From: an uncultured Candidatus Saccharibacteria bacterium
GTDB taxonomy: Bacteria > Patescibacteriota > Minisyncoccia > Phycocordibacterales > UBA12088
NCBI GenBank assembly: GCA_964409035.1
Contig: CAYPBQ010000002.1
Location: 83,267 to 147,266 of the forward strand
DNA: 64,000 nt
Direction: 5' to 3'
Positions 30,890-37,643 of this stretch are shown in pieces. A program made the position numbers and the translations under genes. How positions within the stretch are numbered: the first letter of the stretch is position 1; every line of letters begins with the position of its first letter. A model generated the notes under the pieces. The model worked only from the letters and a program-made list of their open reading frames with translations, was not told the DNA's origin and did no database searches.

Positions 30890-30928
30890 GTACACACCCC
30901 CTGCATAGAAGGGGGTGTGTACGTTTTC
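30890..30928 (+). terminator. Intrinsic terminator after rny.
   Basis: acacaccccctgcatagaagggggtgtgt hairpin. Confidence 0.55.
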
Positions 30929-30944
30929 ATTGATACCTATTTTT

Positions 30945-30985
30945 TCAAAACTTGACAGTCGATATACAGAGGTATTTAATGACCG
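30945..30985 (+). promoter_or_regulatory. Sigma70-like promoter (TTGACA, 17 bp spacer, TTTAAT) ahead of a structured ~150-nt leader.
   Basis: Hexamers with 17-bp spacing. The downstream leader contains an 8-bp GGCTACCT/AGGTAGCC hairpin and the palindrome ACACTTGCAAGTGT. Confidence 0.4.
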
Positions 30986-31109
30986 GCTACCTTGAGAAGC
31001 AATACCCCTCTAGGTAGCCAAAAATGTCATACCCCTCCTTGCACCGGAACAAGGGGGCACAAGCACAAGTAACACTTGCAAGTGTGTATGAAGGTCGACA
31101 CGCACTGAG

Positions 31110-31349
31110 GTGTCCCTTAATGATAATACCGGTATGACAATATTTAAAGCAGTTGGCCTTATAATATTTCTCTATGCGCTCACTATACTTATGCCAAGTG
31201 TGGTTGAGGCACTAGAAGAAAGCATTGTAGCAGTTCTGCATCTTATAGAATCACTTGCGGGAAACGCAGAGAATATAGAAATAACCAAACTCGGAAGCAC
31301 CGCTATTCAAATGGCACCGACAGTGATTATGACACCAGGACTACAGTAA
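31110..31349 (+). CDS. Small hydrophobic membrane protein, hypothetical.
   Basis: Two predicted transmembrane segments and an upstream promoter. Confidence 0.3.
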   Translation: MSLNDNTGMTIFKAVGLIIFLYALTILMPSVVEALEESIVAVLHLIESLAGNAENIEITKLGSTAIQMAPTVIMTPGLQ

Positions 31350-31910
31350 CGGACGAGTAACCGCTACTACAAAGCTTGTATAGTTAAACTTTAGATCTTG
31401 AATACTCTCTTCAAGTATATCAAGGTTGTATAGCTCTGCAGCACGACGTGGTGCTATTGCTGCAGTCGTATCAGGTAACGTACCGCTTGCTATATCCGCA
31501 GCTGCCTTAGCGGTGTCGGGATATTCAACCACTTCTACTCCGTGCCACTTTCTTTTTAGGTACATTCGACACTGCTTTAGTGCTTGATCATGCGAGGTGA
31601 TAGTCTTTATATGGTCTGCCGTAATACCCTTCTTTACTAAAAGATTGTGGTGTACATCAATTTCAAACATTTTTTCTATTGAAAAAACATACGCGGCCAT
31701 TGCGTGTACTGCCTCTATAACAATACCGCCATTTGAATTTTCAATTGGAAAAATTCCTTTATCAACCACTCCTGTAGTAAGAGCTTTTAACACATTGTCA
31801 GCGCTTACTAAATAGTGTATTTGGTACTCAGTAATGCCTTCACTATTTATATATGTCATCGCTGCCTCTTCGGAAAAACTTCCTTTAGCTCCTGAAATGC
31901 CTATATTCAT
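31341..31910 (-). CDS. Prephenate dehydratase catalytic-domain protein with no ACT domain. The start is the internal MNIGISGAKGSFSEEA.
   Basis: PDT-domain blocks (GxKGSFSEEA, IENSxxG, TxxxxA). About 190 aa. Confidence 0.6.
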   Translation of the reverse strand: MNIGISGAKGSFSEEAAMTYINSEGITEYQIHYLVSADNVLKALTTGVVDKGIFPIENSNGGIVIEAVHAMAAYVFSIEKMFEIDVHHNLLVKKGITADHIKTITSHDQALKQCRMYLKRKWHGVEVVEYPDTAKAAADIASGTLPDTTAAIAPRRAAELYNLDILEESIQDLKFNYTSFVVAVTRPLL

Positions 31911-32149
31911 AGCCAAACTATCGCACATACCACTCGACACTGCAACAATACAGACACATTATTTGCGTATAGCAATTTATGACAAAAATTTTTAACAATG
32001 TATCATAATTATTGTCAATAGTTACGCTATCCTCAAGCGCTCTATTGCAGTATTTTTTAGCTACGATACAATGCTCGCAGGTAAGGGTGTACGCACCCCA
32101 CACACCACACCCTCTCACTCGGGAGGTATTACTCAATAATTATTTGTTC

Positions 32150-32422
32150 ATGAACAAGCAAACATTGGCAGAAAAGGTTCACGAGACTATTGGTTGCACC
32201 AAGGCAGACGCTGAGCGTGCAGTAGAAGCAATAATCGATGGGATCGTAGAGGGAGTAAAGAAGGGAGGTGAAGTATCAGTTGCTGGTCTTGGTATTTTTA
32301 GCTCTAAGATGCGACCAGCACGCGCGGGACGAAATCCTCGCACTGGTGAGTCAATCAGCATCCCTGCTATGCGAGTACCTAAGTTCCGCGCAGCAAAGGC
32401 TTTCAAGGACTCTGTAAAATAG
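32150..32422 (+). CDS. hup: DNA-binding protein HU. The start is MNKQTLAEK, within the longer ORF 32012-32422.
   Basis: 90 aa. GLGIFSSKMRPARAGRNPRTGESISIP is the HU beta-arm signature. Confidence 0.85.
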   Translation: MNKQTLAEKVHETIGCTKADAERAVEAIIDGIVEGVKKGGEVSVAGLGIFSSKMRPARAGRNPRTGESISIPAMRVPKFRAAKAFKDSVK

Positions 32423-32443
32423 TTTCTATTTGCAGACGCACAA

Positions 32444-32476
32444 ACAAAGACCGCCACATATGGCGGTTTTTGTTGT
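32444..32476. terminator. Bidirectional terminator (aaagaccgccacatatggcggtcttt) between hup and the convergent orphan gene.
   Basis: Stem with an A-run before it and a T-run after it. Confidence 0.6.
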
Positions 32477-33063
32477 TACTTGTGTTTATTTCCTAAGCTT
32501 TTTAAAACTGCTGTAATTTTCATAATATTTTTATTTATTTGCACCACCTCATCTTCACCGGCTCGTATCCTGCCGCTTTCGTTTATCAAGAAAGTAATTA
32601 TTTCAAGTAACGGCAATACGACACTAATAATATAATCAATTTCAATTGACCAAGAAATCGGTCGGTAGTGAATTAAGGGGTTTCGTAAATTATCGTTAAG
32701 CGTTTTAATAGCCTTCTTATGTTCATTTTTTGCAACAAAAGGCTTCGCATTTATATACCCTGTCATCTGTTCTTTTTTCTGTACTAGATCAAAAGCTTCC
32801 TTAAAATCAATTAGTTTTCCTTCTTTTAAACCTATGGTATTCAGATATTTATCGTCCGCCCAAACTCCCGACAAATCACTGTTTTGGAGGGCAAAGAGCA
32901 TGAAGTGATAAATTGCATGATGAATTGCAACTATAAACCACTTCCAGTAGAACTGATCATTTTTTGTCTTTGATAAAAAAACTACCGCCTTTTGGAGTGA
33001 GTCAATTGCATTACTCTTTTCATCAATCCTAAAATAGTGATCATCCATAGGCTTTTTTGCCAT
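32476..33063 (-). CDS. Hypothetical low-GC orphan protein (195 aa) with an Rx4H motif (RNPLIH), possibly HEPN-like.
   Basis: No recognisable family. Markedly AT-rich compared with neighbouring genes. Adjacent to a tRNA. Confidence 0.3.
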   Translation of the reverse strand: MAKKPMDDHYFRIDEKSNAIDSLQKAVVFLSKTKNDQFYWKWFIVAIHHAIYHFMLFALQNSDLSGVWADDKYLNTIGLKEGKLIDFKEAFDLVQKKEQMTGYINAKPFVAKNEHKKAIKTLNDNLRNPLIHYRPISWSIEIDYIISVVLPLLEIITFLINESGRIRAGEDEVVQINKNIMKITAVLKSLGNKHK

Positions 33064-33227
33064 GATTTAGTAACGTAACATTGTGGTACGGGAATTTCGG
33101 TCCTTGGAAACCTTCGGTTTTGGAGCGTTCGCTTTGCTCACTGCCTTCCTCCACAACAAGAGTATCCTCTCCCGACCCCTCTCATTCCGGTATCCCTCGT
33201 ATGTATAATGCCCTTTGGGCATGTATT

Positions 33228-33301
33228 TGGTGCGGGATACCGGAATCGAACCGGTACCTACTGCTTGGAAGGCAGTCATTCTACCACTAAACTAATCCCG
33301 C
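33228..33301 (-). tRNA. tRNA-Gly(UCC), with CCA encoded.
   Basis: Acceptor GCGGGAT/ATCCCGC, anticodon loop CUUCCAA, T-arm ACCGG-TTCGATT-CCGGT. Confidence 0.85.
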
Positions 33302-33329
33302 AATCACAATGTAGATGATTCTACCAAAT

Positions 33330-33365
33330 AACAACAAGTCCCGCCATAGAGCGGGACTTGTTGTC
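33330..33365 (-). terminator. 14-bp perfect hairpin (acaacaagtcccgc/gcgggacttgttgt) with a T-run on the minus strand; terminator of the acidic micro-ORF.
   Basis: Seen in the sequence; the minus strand reads the hairpin followed by tatttgg. Confidence 0.55.
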
Positions 33366-33373
33366 GCTAAGCC

Positions 33374-33463
33374 TTATTCTGACATGTCTGCGTCTTCTTC
33401 TTCGACAGCCACATCATCTGCCATATCACCGTCTGCTGCGTCATCCTCATTTTCCTCTTCCAT
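33374..33463 (-). CDS. 29-aa hyper-acidic micro-protein, MEEENEDDAADGDMADDVAVEEEDADMSE.
   Basis: Perfect Shine-Dalgarno site AGGAGG 5 nt upstream of the ATG, and a strong terminator immediately downstream. Not in the ORF track because it is shorter than 60 aa. Confidence 0.4.
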   Translation of the reverse strand: MEEENEDDAADGDMADDVAVEEEDADMSE

Positions 33464-33666
33464 AGAAACCTCCTCTGCGAACAAATGACTCAGATCAAGT
33501 AATTCTAGCGTTTGCATATATTATTCAGTTACTCAATATCGTACGATATTGTGTCTGATAAAAGGCTTCGCTTAAGAAGCGAATAAAAATAGTATACACA
33601 AAAATGCCCTATATTCAATTATCAGTGAGGCATTTCAGGTTCGCTAATAAGTGTTATACTCGGCGT

Positions 33667-34887
33667 ATGACGAATACAGCTCATCGCGTCGCGCTCCTTT
33701 CACTTAGCCTTTTCTTGTTGGTTATTTTTGGACTGCAGTCATTGTATGCGCCAAAAAAACAACTAACCCTTACTCAACACTCTACTAGCACTCCACCAAT
33801 GGAGGAGACTTCAATAGAAAAGGTTACCGCCCTTATAAAAGAGGAGATTACAGCGACAACCACTTCAACACTCCCTGTATTGCCAACAAAACAGGATTCA
33901 ACACCAACAAAAACAAAGAATGTAACTAGCTCAATTGCACCAAAGGAACCTGAGGAAGTTGTACCCGTTACCCCGGCAACGCTGAGCAAAACAGTAACCG
34001 AGACCCTCACTCCTCCCCTTCCGGTAGATATATTTCCGGTATCATTTTCAAGTATTAACGAAGATGTACGAGCATCGCTCGTCAATATACTTTGTGTAAC
34101 AAAATCTGGTGGACCGCTTATGCCTATTTCAGGATCAGGCATTATCATAGACGCTCGAGGGGTCATACTCACCAATGCACACATTGCTCAATATTTATTG
34201 CTTAAAGATTACATCGTAAAAGACTATGTTGAATGTATTATCCGCACAGGATCGCCAGCGTACCCTCTCTACACTACCGAGCTACTCTATGTATCCGAAG
34301 CGTGGATACGTGAAAACGCGGTACAAATTGATAGCGATAATCCCGTAGGTACTGGGGAACATGACTATGCCCTATTGCGAATTACCGGTACTGTTGATGG
34401 TGATGCAATTGGAGTAATTCCACACACTCCCGTAGATACAAAAGAGCTTGCAGTTGATGTGGGGTCTGAAGCGCTTGTTGCTGGTTATCCTGCAGGTTTT
34501 GTAGGAGGTATTACCATACAAAAGTCTCTCTACCCCGCATCAAGTGTCACCAGCGTGCGTGAAGTGTTTACCTTTGCCACCTCTACTGTTGACCTTATAT
34601 CAGTTGGCGGCAGTGTAGTAGCGCAAAAGGGCTCATCAGGAGGGGCGGTAGTGGGAAGAGATGGAAGATTAAAAGGTTTGGTAGTCACCTCAACACAAGC
34701 AGAATCAACCAATGACAGAGATTTGCGAGCGATCACACTCTCTCATATCAATAGAGATATAAAAATATCAACCGGCTATTCGTTAGGAGATTTTCTTTCA
34801 AGAAACCTATCTACTGAGTCACACCGATTTATTACTACGGTCGCGCCCACTCTCACTCGCCTACTTGAGAATGCGCTACGTGACTAA
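33667..34887 (+). CDS. Secreted or membrane-anchored trypsin-like (S1 family) serine protease with no PDZ domain. The start is probably MTNTAHRVALL.
   Basis: Catalytic triad in context (TNAHIA, DYALLRI, GSSGGAV). Signal anchor. Thr/Pro-rich linker. Confidence 0.7.
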   Translation: MTNTAHRVALLSLSLFLLVIFGLQSLYAPKKQLTLTQHSTSTPPMEETSIEKVTALIKEEITATTTSTLPVLPTKQDSTPTKTKNVTSSIAPKEPEEVVPVTPATLSKTVTETLTPPLPVDIFPVSFSSINEDVRASLVNILCVTKSGGPLMPISGSGIIIDARGVILTNAHIAQYLLLKDYIVKDYVECIIRTGSPAYPLYTTELLYVSEAWIRENAVQIDSDNPVGTGEHDYALLRITGTVDGDAIGVIPHTPVDTKELAVDVGSEALVAGYPAGFVGGITIQKSLYPASSVTSVREVFTFATSTVDLISVGGSVVAQKGSSGGAVVGRDGRLKGLVVTSTQAESTNDRDLRAITLSHINRDIKISTGYSLGDFLSRNLSTESHRFITTVAPTLTRLLENALRD

Positions 34888-34898
34888 AAAGTGATTTC

Positions 34899-35999
34899 TT
34901 AGCTACGCATTGCTACATTTGTAACAAATGCGTGTAGTACCTCACGATATCGTGATACATCATTAATATCTATCCACTCTTCCTCACTATGAGCACCACC
35001 ACCGCGTGGATACGTAAGAAGTGAAGGAATACCGTACCGGGCAAAGTGGCGTGCGTCTGAGGCGCCGTGTGAGCGAGTCCATCCCATCTCTATACCATAG
35101 AGATTTCGTGCAATTTCAGCAAACAACTGTGCTTCTTTATTATGTGGTGAAATGCCACACGCTGGCTCATCCATGACTATGTGATATGAAACTCTCGCAT
35201 CTTTGGCGATTATAGTCTTTATACCCTCAAGCATTGCTTCTCTATCTGCTTCATCAATTACTCGTATATCAGCATGCACCACAGCCCTCTCTGGCACCTG
35301 ATTAACGGCTTCGCCTCCCTCAATACGAGAAAAGGTTATGGTTGAATGCCAGTGATGCTCATCCTCTGTGGTAAATGAAGAAACAAATTTGGTAATAGCA
35401 TCAATGGTGGTAAGTAGTGTAGTTATCGCATTATCCCCCAACCACGGCCGTGACGCATGCGCAGAAGAACCAACTGCTTCAATTTGAATTCGGATCATTC
35501 CTTTTGCATACTCCTCAAAGCACCACTCACCTCCTCCATCAGGAATAATCGCAAAGCCTCCTCTGTATCCCTCTTTTTCAAGCAACGCGCGCACTCCATC
35601 AAACCCTCCCACCTCTTCATCCGCGGTAATCATAAGGCCAAGGTCATATTGCGATACCCGATCCCCAAGCTCGCGCAAAATATCAATGTATAGTGCGATT
35701 GCAAACTTCATATCAAATGCACCTCGCCCTTTTAATACTCCATCTTCAATCTTTGAATGAAACAGTGTAGTAGCCCCTGGCACCACATCAATATGAGCAC
35801 TGAGCCAAAGCGTTGGAGATTTGGTTGCGGTACTTGTAGCTACAAGAGATTGATGTCCGCTATAGGTATACCGATGCAGGTGTAGTGGTACGTCACGTAG
35901 TTGTTCCTCTATAAAATCATATGCCATTGCCACCTCTGTATGGTTACCCGTAACCGTGTGAAAGGTGATTAACTTTTGGAGTGTTTCTAACAAATGCAT
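34899..35999 (-). CDS. M20-family metallopeptidase (ArgE/DapE/CPG2-like).
   Basis: HIDVVPG ... GAFDMK ... ITADEEVGG metal-binding blocks. Confidence 0.75.
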   Translation of the reverse strand: MHLLETLQKLITFHTVTGNHTEVAMAYDFIEEQLRDVPLHLHRYTYSGHQSLVATSTATKSPTLWLSAHIDVVPGATTLFHSKIEDGVLKGRGAFDMKFAIALYIDILRELGDRVSQYDLGLMITADEEVGGFDGVRALLEKEGYRGGFAIIPDGGGEWCFEEYAKGMIRIQIEAVGSSAHASRPWLGDNAITTLLTTIDAITKFVSSFTTEDEHHWHSTITFSRIEGGEAVNQVPERAVVHADIRVIDEADREAMLEGIKTIIAKDARVSYHIVMDEPACGISPHNKEAQLFAEIARNLYGIEMGWTRSHGASDARHFARYGIPSLLTYPRGGGAHSEEEWIDINDVSRYREVLHAFVTNVAMRS

Positions 36000-36089
36000 A
36001 CTAGTGACTGTAAACCATTTATTACTATTTGAAAATAAAGACACCATGCCGCACGTGGCGTGGTGTCTTATTGTCCCGAAACCGATATG

Positions 36090-36356
36090 CTACTTTGGAG
36101 GCTTTAACTGAGCACTAAGGTAATCACCTATCACTTGTAATGCGGCATCTCTACCATCCACGCCTAGGATGTTTATAGCGTGGCGCACTACTGATGGGTG
36201 TTGTTCAACGAACTTAAGGAAAAGCTTTATATCCATAGGATCTCTACCGAAAAGCATGGAGAAAGTGTCTATGATTTTATATTGCTGGGGTGTAAACACA
36301 CTGACGTCCATTTTATTCTCCTCAAAGAACTTCGCGAGCTCTCGCGACCAAGTCAA
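36090..36356 (-). CDS. Hypothetical 88-aa protein.
   Basis: ORF only. Moderate codon plausibility. Confidence 0.3.
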   Translation of the reverse strand: MTWSRELAKFFEENKMDVSVFTPQQYKIIDTFSMLFGRDPMDIKLFLKFVEQHPSVVRHAINILGVDGRDAALQVIGDYLSAQLKPPK

Positions 36357-36416
36357 TTGCGACCTGGAGTATCTGTCTATCTCCTGTAGGCAGATACTCC
36401 AAAGAACAATGTATAC

Positions 36417-36444
36417 AAAAGCCCCTCTGTGGGAGGGGCTTTTG
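36417..36444. terminator. Bidirectional terminator aaaagcccctctgtgggaggggcttttg.
   Basis: Perfect 9-bp stem flanked by A4 and T4. Confidence 0.6.
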
Positions 36445-36473
36445 TTGATTTATAGTGTCTTGATTTATTTCAA

Positions 36474-36536
36474 CTAAAAGCGCCCTCCTTGTGGGAGTGT
36501 AATCAGTACGAGGGTAATCAGCGCTATTTGCTTCAT
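36474..36536 (-). CDS. Candidate leaderless 20-aa hydrophobic micro-ORF, MKQIALITLVLITLPQGGRF; alternatively a ~115-nt small RNA.
   Basis: A minus-strand promoter (TTGACA, 17 bp spacer, TACTAT) ends 7 nt before the ATG. A terminator at 36417-36444 lies downstream. Confidence 0.25.
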   Translation of the reverse strand: MKQIALITLVLITLPQGGRF

Positions 36537-36542
36537 AAAAAT

Positions 36543-36570
36543 ATAGTACCGAACCAAAAAATACTGTCAA
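36543..36570 (-). promoter_or_regulatory. Minus-strand sigma70-like promoter (TTGACA, 16 bp spacer, TACTAT).
   Basis: Hexamers seen on the reverse complement of 36543-36570. Confidence 0.4.
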
Positions 36571-36581
36571 GAATAATAGAG

Positions 36582-36607
36582 AAGACGGCGCCCAAGGGCG
36601 CCGTCTG
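36582..36607 (-). terminator. Hairpin agacggcgcccaagggcgccgtct; minus-strand terminator of the 81-aa ORF.
   Basis: 10-bp GC-rich stem. On the minus strand a T-rich tract (tctctattattctt) follows. Confidence 0.5.
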
Positions 36608-36643
36608 TTTGGGGCATCATGCCCCGTGATAATCCGCAACACT

Positions 36644-36889
36644 TCAATCTTGCGGTGGTGTAACCGTATGAACCTCAGTAAAAATTACCACACCGCTTCT
36701 TCCATCTGGATCAGCGTCTGGCGCACTCGGGTAGATAGGTACATGTATCTTTGGAAATACAGGGAGTCTACTACCGCTACTACCCCAACCGATTGGAGTG
36801 GGCTTCCCCTCTCTACTAACAGATCCGCCATGGACTGGATCTCCAGGGACAGGCGACTGAACGAAAGCAAAACCCATTTTATCCGGCAT
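36644..36889 (-). CDS. 81-aa Pro/Gly-rich small protein, MPDKMGFAFVQSPVPGDPVHGG...
   Basis: Perfect Shine-Dalgarno site AAGGAGG 5 nt before the ATG. A downstream terminator. It lies in frame within the longer ORF-track entry 36644-37024. Confidence 0.35.
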   Translation of the reverse strand: MPDKMGFAFVQSPVPGDPVHGGSVSREGKPTPIGWGSSGSRLPVFPKIHVPIYPSAPDADPDGRSGVVIFTEVHTVTPPQD

Positions 36890-36924
36890 AAAAGCCTCCT
36901 TGCGTCGCCAGGGTCGACGCACTG

Positions 36925-36990
36925 TTTCCACTATTACCCCCTGGAGTGTGATCACCACACAATAACCACACTTCAGGGGGTAATACCTGA
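36925..36990. repeat. 19-bp near-perfect inverted repeat (tattaccccctggagtgtg / cacacttcagggggtaata) forming a long hairpin in the 5' UTR of the 81-aa ORF.
   Basis: Seen directly. One mismatch. 16-nt loop. Confidence 0.8.
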
Positions 36991-37028
36991 TGAAACTTTT
37001 ACCTTTCTCCAAAGAACAATTCATCTAC

Positions 37029-37068
37029 ACGACAACCGGCCCCTGTGTGGGGCCGGTTGTGTGTTTTT
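37029..37068 (+). terminator. Plus-strand intrinsic terminator (acaaccggcccc-tgtgt-ggggccggttgt followed by GTGTTTTTG).
   Basis: 12-bp GC stem followed by a T-run. There is no plus-strand CDS upstream. Confidence 0.55.
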
Positions 37069-37210
37069 GAAGTATTTTATCTACAACATTACGCACGCAT
37101 ACGGCCCCCAATCATTGGGAGTAGCCATGAAAATGCATACGCAAATACCTGTTGCATAAAAGGATAGTAACAAAGATGCTCTATCTGTGTCAAATATTAT
37201 GTGCTTGTTG

Positions 37211-37245
37211 AAAAAAAAATTGACCCCGGCACAAGTGCCGGGGTC
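37211..37245 (-). terminator. Minus-strand intrinsic terminator (gaccccggcac-aagt-gccggggtc followed by T9).
   Basis: 11-bp stem. On the minus strand it is followed by aatttttttttc. Confidence 0.7.
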
Positions 37246-37304
37246 TGCAGGCAAAGCCTGCTCCGATGTCCTGGGGCCCGAGGGCCCCGCCGATGGTGTT
37301 GATG

Positions 37305-37466
37305 CTACGCTGACTTGCCGCCGTCGGGCCGTCGCGACTTGCCGGGGTCCTGGTGGCCGACGGTCGCCTGGCTGGTGTCGTGCCGGTGCGTCGTCGCGTT
37401 CCAGATGTCGGTCGCCTGGCTGTTGTCGAGCATCGCAAAAGAGGTAGGATGATCACTTCGATTCAT
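37305..37466 (-). CDS. 53-aa hydrophilic micro-protein encoded in a ~68% GC island, MNRSDHPTSFAMLDNSQATDIWNATTHRHDTSQATVGHQDPGKSRRPDGGKSA.
   Basis: GGAG Shine-Dalgarno site 7 nt before the ATG. An upstream TGTATAAT extended -10 element. The strong terminator at 37211-37245. It contains two ~20-bp direct repeats (CGGTCGCCTGGCTG-G/T-TGTCG). Confidence 0.3.
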   Translation of the reverse strand: MNRSDHPTSFAMLDNSQATDIWNATTHRHDTSQATVGHQDPGKSRRPDGGKSA

Positions 37467-37643
37467 CGCTTTTCTCCGTAGCTACCGGCTTTGTTGGTGG
37501 ATCTTGCGATCCGCCGGTGCTAAGTAGAAATCTACACGATTATACATAAAAGTCAATAGCTTTCCCTATTTTCTAAAAAGTCTCAAGAGAATTGCACTAC
37601 GTCGAGCCACATTCTGGAATATCAACAAAGAAATGGTTTTAGT

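Noticed and set aside
33067-33227. Possible SRP (4.5S) RNA downstream of tRNA-Gly(UCC), suggested by a GGAGGAAGGCAG stretch.
   Set aside because: The domain IV consensus (GGAAGCAGC with a GNRA tetraloop) is not matched and no convincing terminal helix could be drawn. It is kept only as an unexplained spacer.
36450-37100. Candidate tmRNA, 6S RNA or SRP RNA in the long non-coding stretch.
   Set aside because: There is no tRNA-like acceptor or T-arm near either end, no tag-peptide reading frame ending in AA-stop, and no 6S-like bubble helix. The candidate was not confirmed by inspection and a covariance-model search is needed.
36626-37159. 177-aa plus-strand ORF spanning the micro-cistron region.
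   Set aside because: It is rich in W, C, H and Y, runs through terminators and the 19-bp hairpin, and has no start signals. The minus-strand units are better supported.
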